A stretch of 64,000 nt of DNA from NCBI RefSeq assembly GCF_963921235.1, contig NC_086108.1, forward strand, positions 48,610,001 through 48,674,000, given 5' to 3'. This document shows, in pieces, positions 1 through 12,079 of the stretch. The position numbers and the translations under genes were made by a program. Positions within the stretch are counted from its first letter, which is position 1. Every line of letters starts with the position of its first letter. The DNA is from Mobula hypostoma (Eukaryota). Below the pieces are notes generated by a model, which was given only the letters and a program-made list of their open reading frames with translations, was not told where the DNA came from and made no database searches.

Positions 1-354
1 AGGGAAGGCATTAAGTAGTCATTTTCTATATTAACACATCAAAGATATATCCTTGCCATTTAATACACAGTTCAGGACATATCTGTTTTGTCACTTCAAT
101 GGGAATTATGTTATTCTCTAAAAGTTATCTGTCAATACTCAAAGTATGAAAGTAGGCAATTATAGCAATTAAAACTGTGGTTAATCATTCACTGTTATCT
201 ATGTGTTTGAAAAGTATGAAACAACATTGTACTGTTGAGTGTGGTGAGAGCAAAAATACATTCTCCACTAGCCCTTTCTGTGATGAATATTTTCTATCAA
301 CCACCTACAGTGACTCAGTTCATAGTCACAATACTAGTCTGGACACTGAATGCT

Positions 355-1355
355 GTCAATGAATCTGCTTCCACCACTCTCTTAGTACATCCAGGTATTC
401 GCCACTCTCTAGTGAAAAACAGTCCTCCTTATATCCTGTCTAAATCTCTTACACTAAATCTGTATCCTTTTGTTTCCTCTAGCCCTGATATGGAGAATGT
501 TTTCTACAGTCTACCCTATCTACACCCTTCATAATTTTCTACATCTTAATCTCATCACCTCTTAACCTCTTCTGCTCCATGGAGAACAGACGTAGCTTCT
601 CCATTTTTGCTCTTAACTGAAACTCTACATCCCAGGTAACATGCTATTGAATTTCCTCTGCACTCTCTGTAGCAATATCACATCCTTCCTATAATTCCAA
701 CTGAGGCCCAGGTATAGTTTGATAAATTTGGAGCACTACCTCCCCGCTTATGTATTCTGACTTGTATTCTATTTGTCTTTCTAATTACCTTCTGGGTCTA
801 TGGGCTTGTACTCCAAGATCTCTCTATTCAACAATGCTCCCTTTGACCCAACCATTTATTGGACATGTCCTAGCCTCATTTGTTCTCCCAAATGCATCAT
901 CTTACATTTATCTGGATTAAACTGCATCTGCCAATTCTCAGCCCACTTCACCAACACATTAATATCACTCTGTAAATTGACTCCCCACCAGGCTATTCAT
1001 GACTCTATAATCTCTGTATCATCTGCTGACTTAGTTCCACTTCTCCTACAGCCACATCAATTACATATATTACAAACAGCAAAAGTTCCAGCACCAGTCC
1101 TTGAGTAACATGACTAGTACTAAGCACTTTTTCCATTGTCAAACCAAATTTGCATCCAGTTTGTCAAATTTTCCTTAATCTCATAGGCCCTAACCTTTTG
1201 GACAAATCTCCCATGTGAAAGGTTGTCAAAGGCCTTACTGAAGGCAATGTAAACCACATCTACTGTTCTTCCCGCATTCATAAATTTGGGTGCATCTTCA
1301 AAACATATCAGACTGATTGGTCAGACAGGATGTGCATTTGACAAAGCCATGTGGC
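355..1355 (-). mobile_element. Degraded CR1 LINE 3' fragment (RT region)
   Basis: Minus strand shows decayed CR1 RT motifs (HGFVK, WAENWQMQFNPDKCKMMH) similar to the intact CR1 ORF at 35383-37059. Confidence 0.8.
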
Positions 1356-2809
1356 TTCAAAACATTCAAAATAAAGGGCAAAGATTACTTACATTGAAAC
1401 TGTTACTTTCCCTCTGAATATTTATACCAAGTACTTTCTGCTACAATGCTTATATATAGTACATTGTGCATTCATATGTGCAATAAATGACATAGCAATT
1501 AGAAGTTTGAAATAAAATACATCATGTATGTATACTTCACTTTGTAAGATTTTGTTTTGAATAATGGTGAAAATGTAATTGTAATTTATTGTTCACCAGG
1601 TGGAAATTCTAGTCATCTTTTTTTTTAAACAAGATTTCAGCTCTGGATAAGGCAGGAGTGTGCCCATAATATGTTTGTAGCAATCCACTCATAGTCTTAT
1701 TCAAACACGTAAATTAAATGAAGAAACAAGGTAAAAGAAAAGATACAGCCCATGGCTGTGTCAGTGTTAGTGTGGAGTTAATTCCTGTGACATTGGTATG
1801 TTACCACTACCAAAATTTGTACATGTTGTCTACAATAACTGAATATAATTGCAACCTTGTAATGTTTGCACCATGTGTCATCTGAGCTGTACAGGAACGT
1901 TAGGAGTTTTCTTTGTCTGAACTCAGAGGAGTTATGTCTAATGCTTCAATATGTGAATAACCAACTCAGGCAAAAGTTGAATGTGGACTACATCTAGTTG
2001 GGCATTTGCCACAAAATTTTGTGTTACTCAAGTTCTGCGTGCTCTTTTTAGAGTGAAGGGCAAGGCAGGTAGGAGATAGAAACCCTGGATGATGAGTGAT
2101 ATTGAGGCCCCCTCCAAAAATAAATGAGTATGGGTCAGGTAGAGAGAGCTGGGATCAAGTGAATCCTTGGTATATTCAAGCATTTTGAATGGCGAAAAGA
2201 CTTTTATTGTAGATAGGAAAGGTAAAGCTGAATGTATTTCCGTAGATTGCTTTAGACTGGCTCACCAAGATCTGGATGGTTCCACTACCATACCTCCTGC
2301 ATCACAAGAAAATCAGGAGGGCAAAAGGGGAGCATGAGATAGCTTTTGGCAAAGAAAATTAAGAAAATTCTAAGATAGATTTAAGCATGTTAAGGGGAAA
2401 AGAATAATTAGGGAGAGAATAAGGTCCTCAAAAACCAAAGTGGACATCTTTGTGCAGAGTCACTGGAGGTGGGCAAAGTCCTTAATTAATACTTTACCTC
2501 TAGTTTACTGTGGGAAAAGACAAGAAAACTTCAGAACTAGCAGAACTAGAAAAGGTAAATGGGGAAGTGTTGGGGATAGTATGCTTCAAAGTAGAGGAAA
2601 TATTGGATCTCTTAAAATGTATGAAGACAGACAAATCTCCAAGGGCTGACTATGCATATCCAAGAATAATGTGGGAGGTTAGAGAGGAAATTGTAGGAGC
2701 CCTGGCTGAGATATTTGCAATATCATTCTGAATGCTGTGCCTTTATTTAAGAAGAGTGGCAAAGAAAAATCTTGAAACTATAGACAAAAAGTCTAAATTC
2801 AGTAGTAGG

Positions 2810-3197
2810 CAAGTAGGGAGTAGAGATAGCCCAGGAAATTATAGGCCAGTGAGTCTTACTTCAGTGGTTGGTAAGTTGATGGAGAAGATCCTGAGAGACA
2901 GGATTTATGAACGTTTGGAGAGGCATAATATGATTAGGAATAGTCAGCAGGTTTTATCAAAGGCAAGTCGCGCCTTACGAGCCTGATTGAAATTTTTGAG
3001 GATGTGACTAAACATATTGATGAAGGTAGAGCTGTAGATGTAGTGTACATGGATTTCAGCAAGGCATCTGATAAGGTACCCCATGCAAGGCTTATTGAGA
3101 AAGTAAGGAGGCATGGGATCCAAGGGGACATTGTTTTGTGGATTCAGAACTGGCTTGCCCACAGAAGGCAAAGCGTGGTTGTAGACGGGTCATATTG
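2810..3197 (+). mobile_element. Internal fragment of a young CR1 subfamily (no 3' tail)
   Basis: Nearly identical to the reverse complement of ~36260-36637 ([24 protein letters not shown]...VVDGSY). Confidence 0.85.
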
Positions 3198-3568
3198 GGC
3201 ATGTCAACTCACCCCAGATGAGCCAGAGGAACCTGCTGTTACTCAAACCAAGGCACATTGGACCCAAACCAGGCAGCTCACACGAGCTCCAGAGAGACTT
3301 ACAATGCCAGTTTTGATGAATTCAGGGGGTGGGCGGGTGCTTTGTAGAATAATGTAATGGGTGACAGATGACACCTACTGTTCATAATAGAAATACTGTC
3401 ATTGAGTTGTTGTGTTCACTGTAAGAGACAGTGTCTGACATAATGACATCGGTACGAGGTGACTGCTTTTGGTTTGTTTTTAATGAAAGTGAAGGACTGC
3501 GGCTTTAGTTAAGCACATAAAACAACTCTCGCATGTTCTATTCAAGAAGAGCTGGCTAATTGAATACA
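3198..3568 (+). mobile_element. Probable LTR-retrotransposon 3' end: internal tail, purine tract and TGTA...TACA LTR (3343-3568)
   Basis: R-x-x-R-APERL-like tail, G-rich tract agggggtggg, then a segment bounded by tgta/taca. Confidence 0.4.
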
Positions 3569-3984
3569 TAATTAAATATGTATAATAGAAAGCAGAGAGT
3601 AATGGGGTGAAGGTTGTTTCTCAGAGTGAAGGACTATGATTAGTGACATACCTCAGGCATTGATGCTGGGCCCATTGTTGTTTGTCATCTATATCAACAA
3701 TTTAGATAAGAACTTACAGGACATGGTTATTAAGTCTACAGTTGACACTAAACCATGTGGTATATTATTAAAAATTATAAGGGGATCTTGATCATCCAAG
3801 TAAGTGGGCAGAGGAATGGCAAATGGAGTTTAAATCAGTTAAGTGTGCAGTGTTGTTTTGGAGAGTTCAGTCCAGGTACGACTTTCTCAGTGAACAGCAG
3901 AGCTCTAGGGAGTGTAGTAGAACAAAAGAGTATTGCAGTGCATCGTTAACTAAAAGTGGAGTCACAGGTAGATGGGGTAGTGAA

Positions 3985-4718
3985 ACATAGAAACATAGAA
4001 AATAGGTGCAGGAGTAGGCCATTCGGCCCTTCGAGCCTGCACCGCCATTTATTATGATCATGGCTGATCATCCAACTCAGAACCCAGCCTTCCCTCCATA
4101 CCCCCTGACCCCTGTAGCCACAAGGGCCATATCTAACTTCCTTTTAAACATAGCTAATGAACTGGCCTCAACAGTTTGCTGTGGCAGAGAATTCCACAGA
4201 TTCACCACTCTCTGTGTGAAGAAGTTTTTCCTAATCTCGGTCCTAAAAGGCTTCCCCTCTATCCTCAAACTGTGACCCCTCGTTCTGGACCTCCCCAACA
4301 TTGGGAACAATCTTCCCGCATCTAGCCTGTCCAATCCCTTTAGGATCTTATACGTTTCAATCAGATCCCCCCTCAATCTTCTAAATTCCAACGAGTACAA
4401 GCCCAGTTCATCCAGTCTTTCTTCATATGAAAGACCTGCCATGCCAGGAATCAATCTGGTGAACCTTCTTTGTACTCCCTCTATGGCAAAGATGTCTTTC
4501 CTCAGATTAGGGGACCAAAACTGCACACAATACTCCAGGTGTGGTCTCACCAAGGCCTTGTACAACTGCAGTAGTACCTCCCTGCTCCTGTACTCGAATC
4601 CTCTCGCTATAAATGCCAGCATACCGTTCGCCTTTTTCACCGCCTGCTGTACCTGCATGCCCACTTTCAATGACTGGTGTATAATGACACCCAGGTCTCG
4701 TTGCACCTCCCCTTTTCC
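3985..4718 (-). mobile_element. Young 5'-truncated CR1 inserted antisense into an older CR1
   Basis: Open 209-aa C-terminal CR1 ORF2 (4077-4706: LVRPHLEYCVQFWSP, RTRGHSL, FFTQRVVNLWNSLP) and aaacatag tail repeats at 3985. Confidence 0.92.
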
Positions 4719-5172
4719 TGAGTGCTTCTGGCATGCTGATCTTCACAAGTCAGGGCACTGAGTATAAAAGTTGGGAGGTGATGAAGTCATTGATGAGGCT
4801 ACACTGGGAGTATTGTGGTTAGTTTTGGTCACCTTGCTGAAGGAAAGACGTTACTGAACTGAAAAAGAGTACAGAAAATATTTACAAGGATGATGCCAGG
4901 AATTGAAGTGCTAAGTTATATGGAAAGAGGTTGGAGAGACTGGGACTTTATTCCTTAGAATATAGGAGACAGAGGTGTACAAATTCATGAAGGGCATAGT
5001 TAGGGTGAATTCACTCACTCTTTTTCCCAGGGTTGAAGAAATTTTCAACTAGAAGGCATAGGTATAAGGTGATGGGGAAAGATCTAAGAAGAACTTGAGG
5101 GGCAATTTTTTTTACACCAGGGTAGTATCTATATGTAATGAGCTGCCAGAGAAAGTGATTGAAGCTGGTACA

Positions 5173-5913
5173 ATTCAATTCAAATTTAATTGTCATTTAA
5201 CCATATATGAATATTCATGAGCACAGCCAAATGAGACGTTACTACGGGGTCAATATGCAGACACATTACCAACAGTCACACAGTAAGCATACACAAGATC
5301 ACAATCACGTAATAAGAGTTTTGACACCCACCACACTACCCGCCCCCCCCACAATGCCACAGCTTGATGCCCAGTCCTTGTACGTACAAGTCAACAAACC
5401 TATATAAAATATCAGTAAAAATATATATGACGCAGAATATGCATATATATAACCCACCAATGCCATCTGTCGGCGGGCCCCAACGCTCCCTGGGCAACAC
5501 TGCCACTTTGAGGCTCAGTCCTGGTCCGGAACCTGACTCATGTTTAGCGAATCTGTGGCTTTGAGGCCCAGTTCCTGCCTATACAAGCACACATAGAATA
5601 TTAGTAAAATCACAGCCGCACAAATATATATGTACAAACCCCTCAGTCCATCTGAAATCTTCAGTCACCACAACTGCGATACACCGCCCCCAGTAGCGAG
5701 CGCCAACTCAGACGCCTCTTCCTCCCACGGCTGAAAAGCAAACTGCCCCGAAGAGTCCACTGAGTGCCGCCGAGAAAGAAGAATCTGCAGTCAGCCATAA
5801 CAGAGCTCATCTTCTGTCCATCGCAACCCTGGGCGGGCAGCTCCAACGCCGTTCTGCACACCGCGCCGTGCCACCCCCAGCAAAGCGCAACAGCTTCATC
5901 CCCTTCATCATTA
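5173..5913 (-). mobile_element. Non-coding non-LTR element with a Rex-like 3' tail, inserted in a CR1
   Basis: Starts with ttcaattcaaatttaattgtcat (tail on minus strand), has a GC-rich 5' part, and the host CR1 resumes at ~5914. Confidence 0.55.
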
Positions 5914-6379
5914 TACAGTAACAACTATTAAAAGGTAGCTGGATAAGAACATAGGTTGGCAAAGTTTGGAAGGTTATGGACCAAATGCTGACAAACAGGG
6001 CTAGCTTGGATGGTGCAACTTGGTCAGCATGCACCATTGGACCATTTATCTATGTTGTAGAACATTATGACTAACTCAATAAGTCAAGCAACATCTTCAA
6101 TATATCATAGCATCTATATGATAGGCACTCTGCTTGAAGAGCAATGTTTGTGATTTACTTATTTCAAGGAGCAGGGAAAAGTGAAACAGCAATATACTTT
6201 TCAGTTGAATTATAAATCAATTCATCTACTCCTTTTCCATCCAAACAAATCTTCTGACCCTGAAGCTCTGGTCTAAGGTTTGCTGGCAGGCAGACAACCT
6301 GGAAAAGTTATAGCTCCATGAATATACTTTGAGAACTATTATTATGAGGTTACTTTTCTTAAAAACTTAAGAAAAATGT

Positions 6380-8460
6380 TCTATGCAAAAGTCTATCCGT
6401 GTCTTTAACAAATTTAATGAGGTAGCGTCTACAGCTACTCTGGACAGTGAAGTCCAAAGATTCACTAATCTCTGGGTAAAGAAATTTCTCCTCAAAGTTC
6501 AGAGTAAATTTATTATCAAAGTGCACGTATGTCACCATACACAACAAGTAATTAATTTTCTTGTGGGCATTCACAGTAAATACAAGAAACAATGAAAGAC
6601 AGCACCCAATTGTTCCTCTCTATCCTCTGTGCTCATTAGATCCTCGAAGAACTACAGTAAGTTTGTCAATCAGGGCCTGCCACGCTGTCTGCCTGATGGA
6701 ACCACAGAACCACCTCTATCCAGATGTCTTGTTATTTCTTCATTAAGGATAGCTCCTAGAATTTTCCCAACTATAGATGTTAAGATGTTAAGTTATAAAT
6801 CTTGTTCCAAAAGATTTTTAATTTTATCTAAAGGAACACTTCTCATTCCCAACAGCATATTATAAATATTAGATATAGATCCATTATAAGAAGGTTTCAG
6901 ATTAAAGATTACATCTGGTAGATTCTTATCAGGACTTTTAGGAAATGTACTTATTTGAGACCGTAAAAAATCTCTTATTTGTAGATATCAAAAAAAATGT
7001 GTTTTAGGTAAACTATATTTAGTTGACAATTGTTCAAACAAAAAAAAGACTTCCCTCTACAAACAAGTCCTGAAAGCATTCAATTTCTGTGGAAACCTGG
7101 AATCAAATTTTTAATTTGGTCAACACTTCATCGTTATGTGCCCGTCACTCTCTGCTTCAATTTAAAGTGGTCCATAGGGCCCATATGACTAAGGATAAGT
7201 TGTCTCGTTTTTATTTAGATATATCTCTGTATTGTGATAAATGTAATAATACAGAAGCTTCACTCATTCATATGTTTTGGACATGTCCAAGTCTTGGAAA
7301 ATATTGGAAAGAAGTATATCAAACCTTCTCAATACTTTTTAAAGTAAATTTCAAGCCTAATCTTTTGACTGCTTTATTTGGTATTGTTGGAGGACAGGAT
7401 ATTATTCTGGAGCCATCTGATTTGCACATTTTGGCTTTTATGTCTCTTATGGCCAGAAGGACGCTTTCGCTTAAATGGAAAGATGTGGCCCCTCCTATTC
7501 ACCCCCAATGGTTACGTGATGTGATGTCATGTTTAAATTTAGAAAAGATTCGATGTTCAATTTTTGAATCTAATCAAGACTTTCAAACATTGAGGGGACC
7601 TTTTCTGAATTATTTTCAAAATCTTTGATTTACTGCTAAAGTACAGATGATGACTAACAATCTTTTTTCTTTTTTTTTTCTACTAACCAGCTTCGGTCTT
7701 GGCAGTGGGTTAATTTTTTTACATAATAAAATTATTATTTTTCAATGTTATGAACTAATTGACTTGTACGAATATAGGGTAAGGAGTCTTTATATGCGAT
7801 TTAGTTTAATGTATTGACATGTATATATTTTTTCCTGTACTCTGTATTCATATATATATATATACATGTATATATATATATATATTAATAAAAATATTGG
7901 AAAGAGAAGATGTTAAGTTATAGTTACTCACATTTTATCTACATTTTATTTAAATAGTGGCATGACATACACTGTTTTCCAATCAACCAGGGCCTGCCCA
8001 GAGCCTACAGAATTTTAGTAAACTATCATAAACATGTCTAATACAACTTCCACCATTTCTTTCAGTTCCTTGGGATACATCCCATCAAGATATGACTGCC
8101 TGTAGGCCCACTACTTTGCTCATCACTAAATTGTATCAAGGTCTTCACCTCTCATTGCATCCATAACATCTCTCTTTGGCATGTTAGACACAAAACAGTC
8201 ATTCAAGGGCTTGGCCATTTCCACATTACCCAATATTAATTCCCCCTTCTCATCTTCCAAAGGACCTACAGTACATTCACTTTAACCACCCTTGTCTGCG
8301 TTATATAATTATAAAACCTTTGCTGTAACTTTATATTTTGTGCTAGTTTACGTTCATAATCTATCTTCCCTTTCCTTATTGCTCGTTTGGTGGTTCTTTG
8401 TTTACTTTTAAAGTTTTCCCACCCTTCCAGATTTCCCACTACATTTCATGGCTTTGTTTA
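6380..8460 (-). mobile_element. Degraded CR1 hosting a Rex-like tail fragment (~6492-6610) and an L1 insertion
   Basis: CR1 remnants on the minus strand continue across the L1 TSD. Confidence 0.65.
6798..7906 (+). mobile_element. 5'-truncated L1 with a 5' inversion; 16-bp TSD aagatgttaagttata (6782-6797 / 7907-7922)
   Basis: 7089-7628 encodes the L1 ORF2 C-terminus with a CCHC motif (CDKC...HMFWTC). 6798-7078 is the upstream ORF2 segment in reverse orientation. AATAAA lies before the 3' TSD. Confidence 0.92.
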
Positions 8461-8463
8461 AAT

Positions 8464-8703
8464 GGACAGCACAGCAGCATAGTGATTAGTGTAACTCTAT
8501 TACAGTGCCGGTGACTCAATTTCAATTCCACCACTGTCTGGAAGTTCTTCCGGTGACCATGTGGGTTTGCTCCAGGTGCTCAGTTTCTAAAACATTCCAG
8601 AGATGGTTAGAAGGTTAATTGGTCACATGGGTGTAACTGGACAGTATGCTCTAATTGGGCCAGAAGAGTCCGTGACTATGCTGCATCTCCAAATAAAAAT
8701 AAA
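8464..8703 (+). mobile_element. tRNA-derived V-domain SINE (HE1-like), degraded
   Basis: A/B-box-like head, V-domain-like gtgggtttgctccaggtgctcagttt, CR1-like 3' end gggccagaagagtccgtgactatgctg and A-rich tail. Confidence 0.7.
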
Positions 8704-10518
8704 CCAATATGGAGCTTGAAGCCTGCATGGCTCCATTTCAAACACACCACAGCGAGTTCTTTTACAGCTTGCCTTTACCTTCCATGGCTGAGCAACACAG
8801 CTCATTAGACCAAATGACAGAAGAAAGGAAAGGAATCAACATCCAGGTTCATGCAATCAGCTGTTATCGAAAACCATCTAAAGCAGCAACTATTCATTAG
8901 TGGGAATTCGCCAATGCCTTTGCTGTCCATGCCAATGCAGCATCAGGAGCAGTAATAAAAGCAATCTTGAGTACAAAGCAGACAACTCATGCTCCATAGA
9001 AGCAAAGTAATTGGCCCAGAGAGAACCAAAGCAACTGTAGCTGGGAAACTCCACACCACAGGAAGGAAGCTGAGGCAATACCTGGACAACAACATGTATT
9101 CAAGATGTGTTCTGGCATGAAATGCAAATAATTTATTAAAAACTATGAATTAGGACTGTTTATGATGATTGTAAAATTACCTGTATTTACTTGAGAAACG
9201 GACAGAGTCTATAGAACTATGGCAAACCAGCAGTGAGCTAATGGACCATATATGGATTACAAAGGAGGAGGTGCTTGCTGACTTGAGGCAAATTATCGTG
9301 GATAAATCTCTGCAACTTGATAAGGTGTTACTTTGGACCTTGTGCGAGGTTAATGCAGAAATTACAGGGGCCCTAGCAGAGGTATTCAAAATGTCTTTAG
9401 CTGTGGGTGAAACGCCTGAGGATTGGAGGATAGCTAATGGTGTTCCATTGTTTAAGAAGGACTCTAAGAATAAGCCTGAAAATTATAGGCCAGCAAGCTT
9501 GACATCAGTAGTGGGTAAATTACTGGAAGGTATTCTAAGGGACTGGATATTTGGACAGGGGTCTGATTAGGATAGTCAACGTGGCTTTGTGCGTGATAGG
9601 TTGTGTCAAACCAAACCTACAGAGTTTTGCGAAGGAAATTTGATGAAGGAAAGGCAATGAATGTTGACTACATTGAGTATAGCAGGCCTTTTGACAAGGT
9701 CCCATATGAAAAGTTGGTCAAGAAGATTCCTTCGTTTGGTATTTAGGATGAGGTAGTAAATTTGTTTAATCATTGGCTTCATTGAAAGGCCAGAGAGTGG
9801 TAGTAGATGGTTGCCTCCTGACTGGAGGCCTGTGACTAGTGGTGTTCCATGGGGATTGGTGCTGGGTCTGTTCTTGTTTGTCATCTATGTCAACAATATG
9901 GATGAAAGTGTGGTCAACTGGATAAGCAAATTTGCAGCTGACACCTAGATTGGGAGCATAGTGGACAGTGAGGAAGTCTATCAAAACTTGCAGCAGGATC
10001 TGGACCAGCTGGAAAAATGGACTGAAAAATGCCAGATGGGATTTAATGCAGACAAAAGTAAGGAGTTGCTTTTTAGAAGGCCAAACAAGGGTAGGATTTA
10101 CACAGTGAATAGCAGGACACTGAGAGGTGTGATATAACAGAGGGATCATGGGATACAGATCTATAATTCCTTTAAAGTGATGTCACTGATAGACATTGTC
10201 ATAAAAAGAGCTTTTTTGGCACAATGGCTTTCATAAAGTATTCAGAACAGGAGTTGAGATATTATGTTGTTGTTGGTGAAGCCTAATTTGGACTTCTGTG
10301 TGCAGATTGAAAGAATTCACAGAAAATTTACAATGATACAATTGGAACTTGAGGACACAATTTATAGAGAAAGACTGGATTAGCTAGGACTTTATTCCTT
10401 GGACTGTAGGAGAATGAGGGGAGATTTGATAGAGGTATACAAAGTTAAGAGAGTTATAGATAGGATAAAATCAAGCAGGCCTTTTTCTTCTGAGACTATA
10501 ACTGAAGGTCATAGGTTA

Positions 10519-10663
10519 AACATAGAAACATAGAAAACCTTTTAGAAATTACCTAGGGTTACCCATAGCCCTCTATTTTTCTAAGCTCCATGTACCCATC
10601 CAGGAGTTTCTTAAAAGACCCTATCGTTTCCGCCTCCACCACCACTGCTGGCAGCCCATTCCA
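10519..10663 (-). mobile_element. Short 3' fragment of the young CR1 subfamily
   Basis: aaacatagaaacatag tail; sequence matches 40440-40555 and 35330-35435. Confidence 0.85.
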
Positions 10664-10695
10664 GAGTGGTGGATGTGGGTTTGATTTCAACATTT

Positions 10696-11578
10696 TGTTA
10701 CGAGAATACACATAAAATTAAGATGTTTGCTGGCCTGGGCTAGCATCAGTGGCATCAGCAGTTGGTCTGCCACCTGCCCTCAGGGGAAGGAGAGATAAGG
10801 AACAATGGAGCAGCGTCTGGAGATGTGTAATGAAGGGATGTGGGAGGAAGAGCTGTCTGGAGCGGCTCCCCCCTTTGAACCCTGAACTGTTTGAAGTGAT
10901 GGACAGGCGATACCCCAGCAGGGGGATAAAAAGGGACAGGTTCGCTAAGACACACACACACGCCACCCGAGGTAACGAGACCCTGGAAGCGGTGCGCTTC
11001 TCACGAGTGGGTGAGAAGTCCCAGACAACGACAAGGGTGGAAAGGTACGATCAGCGGGAACCCGGTGTGTGTCCGCCCTTGCCTGGGTGCCGGGTTCACT
11101 GCAGAGGATCGACCGCATCTGGAGGAGGGGTCACAGTCGGTGACCTCAGGTGACATCACCAAGGACCCGCCCAAAAAAGCTGTTTGTGAGCCATCTCGCT
11201 GGTCTGTGAGCCATCCTGCTGGTCTGTGAGTGAAGCCGTTCTGAATGATGAGTTGTTCCTATTCTATCTCTCTCTTCCCCCACATTGTCCACCGCCATGG
11301 CAACGATTACTGCGAACTGAACTACTAAACTGGACTGAAGTTTGAGTCACTTTGAAATTTGGTCATTTACCCCAAGACAACGATAGAGCTTGATTGATGC
11401 TGTTATCTTAATTCTGTGCACATGTGTGTTTATCATCACTGAACTGTTGCATTTATTATCCTTTCGATTACTGTGTTGCTTGTTTCTGTAATAAAACTTT
11501 CTTAGTTCTAGTACTCCAGACTCCAACTGAGTGATCCATTTCTGCTGGTTTGGCAACCCAGTTACGGGGTACGTAACA
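10696..11578 (+). mobile_element. Solo LTR (883 bp) with 4-bp TSD attt
   Basis: Termini TGTTACG...CGTAACA, attt on both sides, TATA-like ggataaaa at ~10924 and AATAAA at ~11490. Confidence 0.9.
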
Positions 11579-12079
11579 ATTTAAAGAGAATTTGGATAAG
11601 TACATGGATAGGAGGGTTAATTAGGGTGATAATCCAGGTGCAGGTTATTGGGACTAGGCAGAACAATAGTTTGGCATGGTCTAAAGACCAGAAGGTCCTG
11701 CTTCTGGGCATAGTGCTCTATACTCAATACTTCTAAACATTCATCTGATCATCTGAAATAGCGAATCTTGATAGAAGACCAAATATAGAAATTGCAAAGT
11801 GCATGTGACACCTTTTTATTTTAGAAAAGAACAAAATTATGATATTTTGAAATGCACTCTAGCTTGGACTGTATCTGAGAACCTGAGAAGCAGCTAAAAG
11901 AAATGGCTATGAAATGACATGGCAAAAAGACAGCAGAAGATGTTGGTACATCTGTTTATTCAGAGGAAAAATTCTAGTGTACAGTTTGAACCAAAATGCC
12001 CAAATGAACAAGTATCACAAGAATATAATAGCAAAGAAAATGTTTGCATTTTGTTTGAATATCCATTGTTTGTACATTC

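Larger units (their letters stand above)
2060..6075 (+). mobile_element. Old CR1 LINE copy interrupted by several insertions (host pieces ~2060-2785, 3585-3984, 4719-5172, 5914-6075)
   Basis: Colinear CR1 ORF2 remnants ([35 protein letters not shown] segment, 3' end) that resume in register after each insertion. Confidence 0.75.
9180..11725 (+). mobile_element. Degraded CR1 LINE hosting a short antisense CR1 and a solo LTR
   Basis: PEDWRIANGVPLFKK-NYRP and KFAADT motifs, with the 3' end at ~11720. Confidence 0.85.

Noticed and set aside
1681..1730. Possible 50-bp exon (tttgtag|...CAAG|gtaaaa)
   Set aside because: Weak polypyrimidine tract, unrecognisable peptide and no partner exons.
10718..11229. 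Several 70-134 aa ORFs
   Set aside because: They lie within the solo LTR; chance GC-rich frames.
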